Of a stretch of 32,000 nucleotides of DNA, positions 16,940 through 24,766 are shown piece by piece. The position numbers were made by a program, and so were the translations under genes. The notes below the pieces were generated by a model. That model searched no databases, was not told the DNA's origin, and was given only the letters and a program-made list of their open reading frames with translations. The first letter of the stretch is position 1. Each line of letters starts with the position of its first letter. The stretch is from Candidatus Saccharimonadota bacterium. Lineage in GTDB: Bacteria; Patescibacteriota; Saccharimonadia; Saccharimonadales; Saccharimonadaceae. The stretch covers positions 300,001 to 332,000 of the forward strand of contig JBDSDX010000001.1 in the NCBI GenBank assembly GCA_039920285.1, in the 5' to 3' direction.

Positions 16940-17017
16940 TGGGGCGAATGATGGGGATTGAACCCACTACCTTCGGAACCACAACCCGACGCTCTAACCA
17001 AATGAGCTACATTCGCC
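16940..17017 (-). tRNA. tRNA-His (anticodon GUG) with encoded G-1 and CCA
   Basis: The reverse complement folds as G-1 plus gcgaatg/cattcgc, D stem gctc/gagc, and anticodon stem tcggg/tccga with loop ttGTGgt. G-1 opposite C73 is the His identity element. A minus-strand TGtTACAAT box lies at 17037-17029. Confidence 0.93.
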
Positions 17018-17059
17018 AAGCATACGTTATTGTAACAGATGTAGACAGATAAGAAAATA

Positions 17060-17068
17060 TGCTATAAT
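17060..17068 (+). promoter_or_regulatory. Extended -10 promoter of tRNA-Gly
   Basis: TGcTATAAT ends 10 nt upstream of the tRNA 5' end. Confidence 0.6.
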
Positions 17069-17078
17069 CAAGTACTAT

Positions 17079-17153
17079 GCGGGCGTCGTATAATGGCTAA
17101 TATGTCTGCCTTCCAAGCAAACGATGAGAGTTCGATTCTCTCCGCCCGCACCA
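17079..17153 (+). tRNA. tRNA-Gly (anticodon UCC), CCA encoded
   Basis: Acceptor gcgggcg/cgcccgc, T arm gagag-ttcgatt-ctctc, anticodon loop cTTCCAa. The anticodon stem tctgc/gcaaa has one C-A mismatch (28:42). Confidence 0.88.
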
Positions 17154-17181
17154 ATTTTGATTTTTTTGTTATAATTAATTT

Positions 17182-17619
17182 ATGGAAAATATAAATAGCT
17201 CCGCTCAAGACCTCCTGACCGCATTGGATGCGGATACGCTAAATGATAGCAAAGTACTTTTTGAAATAATGCAACGAATAAGCAACGCTGAGCCAAAGAT
17301 ATGGAACGAACATACTTTAGGTTTTGACGAATATCATTACAAATACGAAAGCGGGCGTGAAGGCGACAACTTTATCGTTGGTTTTTACCCAAGAAAAGGT
17401 AAAATTACCGTATATCTCATGGACGGCACGGCACGTTACTCTGAATCGCTAACCAATCTCGGAAAACATACAACTACGGGGTATTGTATAAATATAAAAC
17501 GACTTAATGATATTGAGCTTCCAGTCCTTGAACGAATATTACAGTCCTCCTACGACAATATAAAGTCTAAGTCTCGAAATGGACCAATAGACCGGATATT
17601 ATGGCAAACTGAAAAATAG
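17182..17619 (+). CDS. DUF1801 (YdhG-like) domain protein
   Basis: The pattern ...IWNEHTLGFDEYHYKYESGREGDNFIVGFYPRKGKITVYLM...LGKHTTTGYCINIKRLNDIELPVLERIL matches DUF1801. TGtTATAAT (17167-17175)-N6-ATG. Confidence 0.6.
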   Translation: MENINSSAQDLLTALDADTLNDSKVLFEIMQRISNAEPKIWNEHTLGFDEYHYKYESGREGDNFIVGFYPRKGKITVYLMDGTARYSESLTNLGKHTTTGYCINIKRLNDIELPVLERILQSSYDNIKSKSRNGPIDRILWQTEK

Positions 17620-17874
17620 ACATTTATAAAAATCTCTTTGAGTAGGTTTCAACTTCAACTCATCCTGACCCTCTACTTAAGTGGCTTTTTATATATTAAT
17701 TACGGTAATGTATAAATTATTTCTATAGCTCCTAAGCCCCCACGCCCAGTCCGACTAAGCCATTGCCTAAATACTGCTGAGCTAATCTGATTTCTCTTGC
17801 AATACCTATGATTGAACGGTAATGTTGCTTTCGGAACACTTCCACTAAGGGGCACCAGAGATGAACCATTTGAG

Positions 17875-17899
17875 ACGTCAGAACTTTTCTGACGTTTTT
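17875..17899 (+). terminator. Rho-independent terminator abutting the next promoter
   Basis: Stem acgtcagaa/ttctgacgt (9 bp), 3-nt loop, T4. The T-tract runs directly into TGtTATACT (17899-17907). Confidence 0.6.
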
Positions 17900-17913
17900 G
17901 TTATACTAAAAAA

Positions 17914-18522
17914 ATGGATAAGCCCTTAATTATTATAGATCTCGATAATACTCTTGCTGCATCCGCTGAAGGTTTTATTGAGTTTAGCAACACCAACTTT
18001 GGAACGTCAATAACAATAGCCGATTACGACGAAGACAGAACTAAGACATGGGGCGTCTCTTTTGAAGAGGCAGAGCGTCGTCAAAAAGTTATGCGTGATC
18101 GCGAGAATCAGCGTGACTACAAACCGATGGAGCACGCAAATGAAGTGCTGAATTGGTTGAAGAACGATTATAAACTAGTTATTCTGACGTCACGCCGCAA
18201 GGAAGCGGAAACATATACGAATGACTGGCTAGAGCAACACTACCCTGGACTATTTGTCGATGTTATATATAGCGGTTTCTTTGAGGATGGACAAGCCAGT
18301 ACTGGTCATCTGCGTACTAAAGGGGATCAGTATAGCCGGCTGGGTGCGTCTTATGTTATCGATGATTACATGAAGCATTGTGGATCAGCCGCAGAAGTGA
18401 ATGTACAGTCGATTCTTTATGGTAACTATCCTTGGAATCGAATCGATCATTTGCCTGATGAAGTGACACGTTGTGGTAGCTGGCTCGAAATAAAAGAGTT
18501 TTTTGAGACAGTCAAAAAATAA
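17914..18522 (+). CDS. HAD-superfamily hydrolase, 5'(3')-deoxyribonucleotidase (NT5C)-like
   Basis: Motif I IIIDLDNTLA, motif II VILTSR, motif IV YVIDDY. TGtTATACT-N6-ATG. Confidence 0.55.
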   Translation: MDKPLIIIDLDNTLAASAEGFIEFSNTNFGTSITIADYDEDRTKTWGVSFEEAERRQKVMRDRENQRDYKPMEHANEVLNWLKNDYKLVILTSRRKEAETYTNDWLEQHYPGLFVDVIYSGFFEDGQASTGHLRTKGDQYSRLGASYVIDDYMKHCGSAAEVNVQSILYGNYPWNRIDHLPDEVTRCGSWLEIKEFFETVKK

Positions 18523-18559
18523 ACCATTTGCAATGTTTTGACTTCATAAACAATGCTGC

Positions 18560-18604
18560 ACCAAAGAAAAAAAGTTATCCCTGTGATAACTTTTTTTCTT
18601 TGGT
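18560..18604. terminator. Bidirectional terminator with a perfect 20-bp stem
   Basis: accaaagaaaaaaagttatc (18560-18579), loop cctgt, gataactttttttctttggt (18585-18604). The A and T runs lie inside the arms. Confidence 0.7.
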
Positions 18605-18652
18605 ATGAGTTGGTTGAGACTTGAACTCTCATCGTGACGAGTGAAGTGAGCG

Positions 18653-18745
18653 GATGAGAGTTCGATAGCAAGGAGCAGGGCAGGAAAGTTTACTTTTCTG
18701 AACGCGACGCAGATATATCTTTAGATATTCTCTCCGCCCGCACCA
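18653..18745 (+). pseudogene. tRNA-Gly 3' fragment (T arm plus acceptor 3' strand plus CCA) interrupted by a 60-nt insert
   Basis: 18653-18666 plus 18727-18745 together reproduce the last 31 nt of the tRNA-Gly at 17079-17153. There is no matching 5' acceptor strand (gcgggcg) upstream. Confidence 0.6.
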
Positions 18746-18767
18746 CGGCTCATGCTACAATTTAGGC

Positions 18768-19166
18768 ATGGTTAAAACATCTGCGATCCCTACGCTTGAG
18801 AACAATATTGGGGCACATTCAGATACACTGGCTTTAGCAGTTGTGGCAATCATTTTGGCGGCTGTATCATTAATTCCTTGCGCATTTCTTTACATTCTTC
18901 GTTTCATTGATGGTTCAACACACACACTTGGGTATGAATTCATTATTCCATCAGGAATTGGGATTATATTAATGGCAACATTGGCACCTCTAATTTGGAT
19001 TGTTGCATTGGCTTTGGCGATTGCATCTATGGTTCGTTCACAAGCTCGGTGTCGCACAATCGTGATTTCTAGTATTGCAATAGCGATTGTGGTTTTTGGG
19101 CTCGGAGCAACCGTCCTTTTCTTTTTGGGAACTTATTTAGGCAATAGTATACCCGACCAGCATTGA
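18768..19166 (+). CDS. Hypothetical membrane protein (about 4 TM helices)
   Basis: Hydrophobic helices throughout. TGcTACAAT (18753-18761)-N6-ATG. Confidence 0.55.
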   Translation: MVKTSAIPTLENNIGAHSDTLALAVVAIILAAVSLIPCAFLYILRFIDGSTHTLGYEFIIPSGIGIILMATLAPLIWIVALALAIASMVRSQARCRTIVISSIAIAIVVFGLGATVLFFLGTYLGNSIPDQH

Positions 19167-19211
19167 ACCTTGGAGAATCTAAAGCATCTTGCAGTATGAT
19201 ACAATCCAATT

Positions 19212-19520
19212 ATGGCAAAAACACGTTCTAAGATGGCGATCGTATTGCTTGCAACCTTGGGTATCACTCTAATAATCATCGGTGGTAGCATAATGATATT
19301 AACACTTGGCAGCCTACTGTTCGCCTTACTAGGCATTACGGAGGTTGATTTAGCAGAAACGGCCGGATCATCGGTTGACCCCGTGCCTGTTTGGGGTGGT
19401 TTCTTGATTGGAGCAGTGATTGGTTTTATGGTTCTCTTTGGAGGTATAGGTATTTTTGTGGAGCGCAAGGGTAGAACAACAGGAACGAAGCAGAAGATAC
19501 CAGAATTTCCAAAATTTTAA
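19212..19520 (+). CDS. Hypothetical membrane protein (about 3 TM helices)
   Basis: Hydrophobic helices and a basic C-tail. TGaTACAAT (19197-19205)-N6-ATG. Confidence 0.55.
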   Translation: MAKTRSKMAIVLLATLGITLIIIGGSIMILTLGSLLFALLGITEVDLAETAGSSVDPVPVWGGFLIGAVIGFMVLFGGIGIFVERKGRTTGTKQKIPEFPKF

Positions 19521-19576
19521 TTTATTTTTTCTCAGAGAAGGTCGCTACAAGTGTCCATAAGCGGTATAATAAGGTC

Positions 19577-21751
19577 ATGAGATTAGTCGCTCGTCTTTTT
19601 GTTGTTATCATCATGAGCTTTATTGTCGTCGGAGTTGGGCTTGCCCTTCAGCGTCAGGTTTCGGCCGTTGCTCCTCCATACAACTGTACAGCTGATGGAA
19701 AATTCGCATCACCATCTCAAGGATCAGCGCTTTTAACTATCGGCGATCAAGCGAAGATTTCATCAGCATCTGCTTGGATCAAAAGTATGACGCACACACG
19801 GACAAGCACGGTTACTGACAGTACGATTACACCAGACAGTGATTATGCCCCTAGTTATCAGGGACTTACAAGTGGTACTTTCCATCTTGATGGACGGAGC
19901 TTTTCGACAAACGCTTCTATTTCGGTTAGTTCTCCGGCAACAGTCACTGACGCGTATCGGGGAGTGATCTCGGGACAAGTTCTTGAAACACCTTCGTCAT
20001 TTCGTTGGATTATCCAAGCCTATAAACGTGAAAACGGAGTCATATCACAAGTTCCTGTTCAAGCTCTTGCCGACGGAACAACCGGTAACTTCTCGATCGA
20101 CTTGTCATCAGTAGACCCATCAACGAATGGTGAATGGATGTTGGGATTACTTGATGCCAATGCTGGCTATGCACCGTATGGATCAAAATGGCCAGATGCC
20201 GAATACGTCGGACTTGAGGTTCAGCAATATGTCATCACCGATACGCTTTATTATTGGGCAACGACCGCAGCTATGGCTAACGGAACATTTACATTCCAGA
20301 ACTCAAATACTGGATCAAAATTATTTAGATTAGTTGATACAACGACGAATCCGGATGATATTCTTGCTGAATATGTAAAACCGACAGGGTTGGTGCGTTC
20401 GTATGCATATCAATCTGGTGAAACGGGGTATGGTACGGCAGTTGAAGACCGAAGCTTTGCCTACGATCAAGCAATGGCGCTCTTTGCTGCGATAAGTGTG
20501 GGTGATAGTACGCTTGCAAAGCAACTTGTCGGTGGGCTACTCAATCTACAAACACAAGCAGGACCACATGCGGGAGGGTTTGTGTTTGCTGCTCCCCAAC
20601 TGAGCCCGACCTATACTGATATGCTGTACCGAATAGGTGCGCATGCGATCGCCACTGATGCATTATTGGCGTATATCGAAACGTATCCAAATGATGCAGA
20701 TATCGCTAGTTATAAAATCGATGCCGAGAATGCGCTCAGTTTTATGCAGACGACCTTCTCATCAACCGGACAAACCTCAGGATTGTATCTTGGAGGGTAT
20801 GGGCTATATAGTGGAAATCCTCAGACCTTCGATGACAGCTATGTTATCGACTGGGCTTCAACGGAACATAATATAGATGCCTGGCATGCTCTCATGCGGG
20901 CCTCGCGTGTGCTTGGTAATACGGTTACTGATTACCGCAGTATGGCTGATCAGCTCGACGCTGCTGTTAGTCAAAAATTATATAACACGACAGAACAGCG
21001 ATTTAACCAAGGGGTGGATGCGGGCGGTCAAGATGTCTCTGATCCGCTCGATGTGAATAGCTGGGGATCGATTCAATTGTATGCATCAGGTAAACCTGAA
21101 CGTGCGGAAACATCGCTTGCGAGACTTTCGTTATTTGAGAACACTCGCAGTGGCATTACGGGTTACGGTGCTTTTTACGATGCCGGGGGATACCCGGGTG
21201 CCGCGCCTACTATATGGTTTGAGGGATCTTTTGGCGCCGCTCTCGCGTATTACAAGAATGGTGATTATACCGCATATCGTACTCTTATAGATCAACTCAT
21301 ACCTGCTCAAGAAAACGATGGGTCTTTCCGCTACGCGACCGATCCTGACACGACATATGATATTGGAACGAGTAAGTCGGTTGCAAGTACTGCCTGGTAC
21401 GTTGTTGCAACTGCTGGGCGAAATATACTTTGGAATACTTGTGTCTATACTCCTCCGGTAGTGCCTTCGAACCCAACGCCAGTTGTCACTTCACCGAGCG
21501 ATAATTCATCTCATGGCACGAATAAGAATAGTCAGATTACTCAAGAAGATCTTGGCCATTCGTTTGTACCCGAGACGGTGAAAAATACACCGATAGAATC
21601 ATCAAACCCAGAACAGCCAAGCAGTACGGCCACGGAACAAAATGATAATAAAGATTCAGCAACGATACCGTGGATAATTATTGCAGGGGTCTCAGGTCTC
21701 GTGGTGGTTGGCGTCGGAGTCACTATTGGTATCATCCGAAGAAGACTGTAA
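19577..21751 (+). CDS. Large secreted, C-terminally membrane-anchored protein with a putative (alpha/alpha)6 six-hairpin toroid domain (possible glycan-active enzyme)
   Basis: N-terminal signal or anchor (VVIIMSFIVVGVGLALQRQVSA). The central region shows helical-hairpin signatures (SFAYDQAMALFAAI, STEHNIDAWHAL, WFEGSFGAALAYY, QENDGSFRYA). A P/S/T/N linker leads to a C-terminal TM helix plus RRRL. TATAAT (19565-19570)-N6-ATG. Confidence 0.5.
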   Translation: MRLVARLFVVIIMSFIVVGVGLALQRQVSAVAPPYNCTADGKFASPSQGSALLTIGDQAKISSASAWIKSMTHTRTSTVTDSTITPDSDYAPSYQGLTSGTFHLDGRSFSTNASISVSSPATVTDAYRGVISGQVLETPSSFRWIIQAYKRENGVISQVPVQALADGTTGNFSIDLSSVDPSTNGEWMLGLLDANAGYAPYGSKWPDAEYVGLEVQQYVITDTLYYWATTAAMANGTFTFQNSNTGSKLFRLVDTTTNPDDILAEYVKPTGLVRSYAYQSGETGYGTAVEDRSFAYDQAMALFAAISVGDSTLAKQLVGGLLNLQTQAGPHAGGFVFAAPQLSPTYTDMLYRIGAHAIATDALLAYIETYPNDADIASYKIDAENALSFMQTTFSSTGQTSGLYLGGYGLYSGNPQTFDDSYVIDWASTEHNIDAWHALMRASRVLGNTVTDYRSMADQLDAAVSQKLYNTTEQRFNQGVDAGGQDVSDPLDVNSWGSIQLYASGKPERAETSLARLSLFENTRSGITGYGAFYDAGGYPGAAPTIWFEGSFGAALAYYKNGDYTAYRTLIDQLIPAQENDGSFRYATDPDTTYDIGTSKSVASTAWYVVATAGRNILWNTCVYTPPVVPSNPTPVVTSPSDNSSHGTNKNSQITQEDLGHSFVPETVKNTPIESSNPEQPSSTATEQNDNKDSATIPWIIIAGVSGLVVVGVGVTIGIIRRRL

Positions 21752-21774
21752 ATTGGTGCGACGGGGCAGGTCCT

Positions 21775-22554
21775 CTATTTCATTACTTCAGAAATAATTG
21801 CTTTATACACCGCATAGGCATTGTCTTCATTCTCTTTTGATGCGCGAGCATAATGTTCCATCATGACACCATCATTTACTTCCAGAACCATGAGTCGTCC
21901 ATCTTCAAGTTCAACAATATCAACAGCACCAAGCTGTAAATCGAGCGCATTGAAAGCTTTTTTTGCGAGGGCGTTTATTTCTTCGCTAACGACAGTATTT
22001 TTTGGCGTGGCACCAAGTCCAAGGTTAAACATCCGAAGACCATTGATCGTGACTGCTTCTTTTTCGTATGTAAGGAGGATTTCATTCTTTAAAACAATCA
22101 GGCGAATTTCACGCTTAATATTAACAAACGGTGAGACAGCCCAAGCATCACTGTCTTGAGACTCTATCCACTCAGCGGCCTCTGATTCACTATGGAATAA
22201 CTGTACATTGTGACCGCTAGTCCCAGCGAGTGGTTTAACGACGATATCATGCCAGCCGTTCTGTTGCCATTGGCTGTACGAGATAACTTTTGTTCGAGCG
22301 AGAGCGTGGGGGATAGCGGGAACATTATGGGCGGAAAGGATAGTATACGCGACGACTTTATCTTCACTACTTAATGCTGCGACGCCATTATTTAAATCAA
22401 ATTTGTAACCTATGATCCGGTGTGTGACTTCATTTTTCGTAAGCTCAAGTAACCAGTTGTCTGAATAGGACGCGTACTCAATACCAAGTACTTGGCAGAT
22501 ATTCTTGATAGTTTTCACTATCCAGCGGTCTTTAATGTATTCCCCGATAGGCAT
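21775..22554 (-). CDS. Compact ATP-grasp ligase (RimK/glutathione-synthetase-like core, no pre-ATP-grasp domain)
   Basis: DIVVKPLAGTSGHNVQLF, REIRLIVLKNEIL, FNLGLGATP, GAVDIVELEDGRLMVLEVNDG. TATAAT (22567-22562)-N7-ATG on the minus strand. Confidence 0.7.
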   Translation of the reverse strand: MPIGEYIKDRWIVKTIKNICQVLGIEYASYSDNWLLELTKNEVTHRIIGYKFDLNNGVAALSSEDKVVAYTILSAHNVPAIPHALARTKVISYSQWQQNGWHDIVVKPLAGTSGHNVQLFHSESEAAEWIESQDSDAWAVSPFVNIKREIRLIVLKNEILLTYEKEAVTINGLRMFNLGLGATPKNTVVSEEINALAKKAFNALDLQLGAVDIVELEDGRLMVLEVNDGVMMEHYARASKENEDNAYAVYKAIISEVMK

Positions 22555-22606
22555 GACGTGTATTATACCTCTGTTTTGGTAGTGTTTGCTATATAATGAG
22601 TCATAC

Positions 22607-22683
22607 GCCCCGGTAGCTCAGTTGGATAGAGCAGAGGACTTCTAAGCCTAAGGTCGCAGGTTCAATTCCTGCCCGGGGTACCA
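22607..22683 (+). tRNA. tRNA-Arg (anticodon UCU), CCA encoded
   Basis: Acceptor gccccgg/ccggggt, D arm gctc-agttggata-gagc, loop cTTCTAa, T arm gcagg-ttcaatt-cctgc. The anticodon stem gagga/gccta has only 3 Watson-Crick pairs (G27-A43 and A31-G39 are mismatched). TATAAT lies at 22592-22597. Confidence 0.85.
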
Positions 22684-22704
22684 CGTTTGATTCATGGATA
22701 TATA

Positions 22705-22740
22705 TAGACCAAGTTTGAAATACGAACTTTGGTCTATTTT
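22705..22740 (+). terminator. Rho-independent terminator after tRNA-Arg
   Basis: Stem tagaccaagtt/aactttggtcta (one bulge), 9-nt loop, T4. The T-tract runs into TGtTATGAT (22740-22748). Confidence 0.65.
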
Positions 22741-22754
22741 GTTATGATATAGGC

Positions 22755-23087
22755 ATGGAATTTACAAAAGTAAAAATTGTTACATTTGTGCCGAGTGAGA
22801 ATGCAGATGAAATTCGTCAAGCCTTAGGTGATGCCGGGGCGGGTCAGATTGGTGAATATAGTTTTTGTAGTTATACAGTTGTTGGTAAGGGAAGATTCAC
22901 GCCATCACGTAATGCAAATCCGCATATTGGTGAAGTAGAAGTACCAGAAGTTGTTGATGAAGAAAGAATAGAAGTTATATGCGAACGTTCAAAAGCGAAA
23001 CTGGTGATTAATGCGTTAAAGAAGGCTCATCCTTACGAAGAGGTTGCTTTTGATATTTATTCTTTGATCGATGAGTCGGAACTATAA
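22755..23087 (+). CDS. Stand-alone PII-like domain protein of the YqfO/NIF3 insert family (COG3323-like)
   Basis: 110 aa. The pattern VKIVTFVPSENADEIRQALGDAGAGQIGEYSFCSY...GKGRF.P...ANPHIG......E.RIEV...HPYEE.AFDIY matches this family. TGtTATGAT-N6-ATG. Confidence 0.6.
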   Translation: MEFTKVKIVTFVPSENADEIRQALGDAGAGQIGEYSFCSYTVVGKGRFTPSRNANPHIGEVEVPEVVDEERIEVICERSKAKLVINALKKAHPYEEVAFDIYSLIDESEL

Positions 23088-23187
23088 GCGATCATCTTCC
23101 AGGTTTTGTTCAACGTCAGAGTATTCATTTCATTCTAGCCTCCACCAAAGTGGCGTATCGTTTCCAGCATTTTGTTATGATGAGTGC

Positions 23188-23790
23188 ATGACTATATACA
23201 AAACAATCTTTTTTGACTGGGGTGGCGTCGTCGCAAATGATCCAGGTGACGACTTTCTTAATGCATTGCTGCGACAGCTAGGTGCATCAGATTCTCAAAT
23301 TGATGAGATCTTTCAAAACTATATGCCACAGTTTATGCGCGGAGAAATAACCGAAATTCAATATTGGGCTATTCTTAAAGATACATACGGTTTTAAAATT
23401 CACGATTCTATTTCTGAAGAGTTTAAAAAATGGAAAGGCCTTGTCGCAAATGAAGATATCTTACATTTTGTTGCTCGGCTAAAAGCTAAAGGATATCGAA
23501 CGGCAATTCTCTCGAATGTCATTGAGCCAACCTATAATGTTTTGAAGCAGGCGGGCTACTATGACATGTTTGATGAGATTATTGCCTCATGTAAAGTTGG
23601 ATATGCCAAACCGCAAAAAGAAATTTACGAGTTAGCACTAAAACAATTGAAAACGACAGGGGCAGAATCAATATTCATTGATGATAAACAAAGGAACCTT
23701 GTGCCTGCTAAGGAAATGGGTTTTGAGGTTGTGCTTGCTGTTGACCCTGACCAAATTATTTCAGACATTGATGCTCTATTGATTAAATAG
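23188..23790 (+). CDS. HAD-superfamily hydrolase, subfamily IA (YihX-like DxG motif I)
   Basis: IFFDWGGVV, ILSNV, GYAKPQKEIYE and IFIDDKQRN motifs. Start chosen at ATG 23188 because TGtTATGAT (23173-23181)-N6 precedes it. The ORF-track extension from 23071 overlaps the previous gene and has no homology-like features. Confidence 0.75.
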   Translation: MTIYKTIFFDWGGVVANDPGDDFLNALLRQLGASDSQIDEIFQNYMPQFMRGEITEIQYWAILKDTYGFKIHDSISEEFKKWKGLVANEDILHFVARLKAKGYRTAILSNVIEPTYNVLKQAGYYDMFDEIIASCKVGYAKPQKEIYELALKQLKTTGAESIFIDDKQRNLVPAKEMGFEVVLAVDPDQIISDIDALLIK

Positions 23791-23856
23791 TAACGCTCTA
23801 ACCCTCACAAAAGCCTTGCATCGTATTCAGTTATACGCAGACACTCATGATTTACG

Positions 23857-23884
23857 TTGAAATTGCTCATGTTTTCTTTATAAT
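23857..23884 (+). promoter_or_regulatory. Candidate promoter of the membrane protein gene
   Basis: TTGAAA (23857-23862), 16-nt spacer, TATAAT (23879-23884), 10 nt before ATG 23895. Confidence 0.5.
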
Positions 23885-23894
23885 AAAAAGCAAT

Positions 23895-24761
23895 ATGGTA
23901 AAAATAAAAAATAAAAATGTACACACACCGCTCGTTGTAACAGGGTATGTCTTATTTGTCCTTCTTGTCATCGCAACCTTACTAACGACAACTATCCCAT
24001 GGGCACAATTACTTGCTGCCAACCTTACAAAGGTGTCTCACTATAATATTGCTGTATTCTTTGTTGCATTAACAGTTGGCTCGTTGCTGCCGGTGTTAGT
24101 CGGATATCTTATTGGTGGGAGCTCTGTGAGATCAAAGAGTAAATTAAACCATCACTTTAATGGAATACTCTTTAGTTTATTAGCATTCTGGATAATGACA
24201 ATATTTGCAGTACTCGTCATTTTCCCCTCTGAATTATTCAATGCAAATCCTAATGAAAGAATCGTATTGAGTAATTTACTCCCGGGTTTTGTAGTCGCGA
24301 TTATCACGACCATTATTGCGATTGCCCATGTACACAGCCGTCAGGCTAAACATGATATTCTCAAGTATAAGTTGTTTTCAGTCCCACTGGTTGGTTCTAT
24401 TGTGGTGTTGCCTGTATGGGATCTAATCCAAAATATCATGACGAATAGTGTGAGTATTTATTCGTCTTTTTCCCTTATCATTGTGATCCTCCTTGGAGTT
24501 GTGTCTTATGCGACATTGCGAAAAACCAAATTGAATACATATGATATGGTGGCATGGTCAGCGGTTTCTATATCGGTATTTTTTGTCGCGGTATTCGTAT
24601 CATCACAGTTGGTATCTGTGGCTTCAGATTACCTCTTCTATCAACCCACCGCACAAGTATATGAGTTATTGATGTGGGGAAGTTATGCAATTGCACTTGT
24701 CGGTTGGGGTGCATATTGGATAAAGCAGGTAAAAGTAATGAGCCAAAACCGTATCAGATAA
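23895..24761 (+). CDS. Hypothetical polytopic membrane protein (about 8 TM helices)
   Basis: Repeated hydrophobic helices. Start moved to ATG 23895 (MVKIKNKN...), downstream of the promoter. Confidence 0.55.
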   Translation: MVKIKNKNVHTPLVVTGYVLFVLLVIATLLTTTIPWAQLLAANLTKVSHYNIAVFFVALTVGSLLPVLVGYLIGGSSVRSKSKLNHHFNGILFSLLAFWIMTIFAVLVIFPSELFNANPNERIVLSNLLPGFVVAIITTIIAIAHVHSRQAKHDILKYKLFSVPLVGSIVVLPVWDLIQNIMTNSVSIYSSFSLIIVILLGVVSYATLRKTKLNTYDMVAWSAVSISVFFVAVFVSSQLVSVASDYLFYQPTAQVYELLMWGSYAIALVGWGAYWIKQVKVMSQNRIR

Positions 24762-24766
24762 TATGA

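Larger units (their letters stand above)
17154..18745. mobile_element. Possible remnant genomic islet bounded by tRNA-Gly and a downstream copy of its 3' end (no integrase present)
   Basis: The 19-nt attctctccgcccgcacca occurs at 17135-17153 and 18727-18745. The 14-nt gatgagagttcgat occurs at 17123-17136 and 18653-18666. The interval carries two accessory-type genes and looks more AT-rich by eye (not counted). Confidence 0.3.

Noticed and set aside
18605-18745. Intron-containing or permuted tRNA, or a tmRNA 3' domain
   Set aside because: No complementary 5' acceptor strand (gcgggcg) or D arm exists upstream. There is no Ala-type G3:U70 acceptor and no tag-ORF context. It is best read as a fragment or scar.
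23071-23187. N-terminal extension of the HAD hydrolase ORF (start at 23071)
   Set aside because: It overlaps the preceding gene by 17 nt and encodes Ser/Cys-rich sequence with no counterpart in HAD enzymes. It also contains the TGtTATGAT promoter box that points to ATG 23188.
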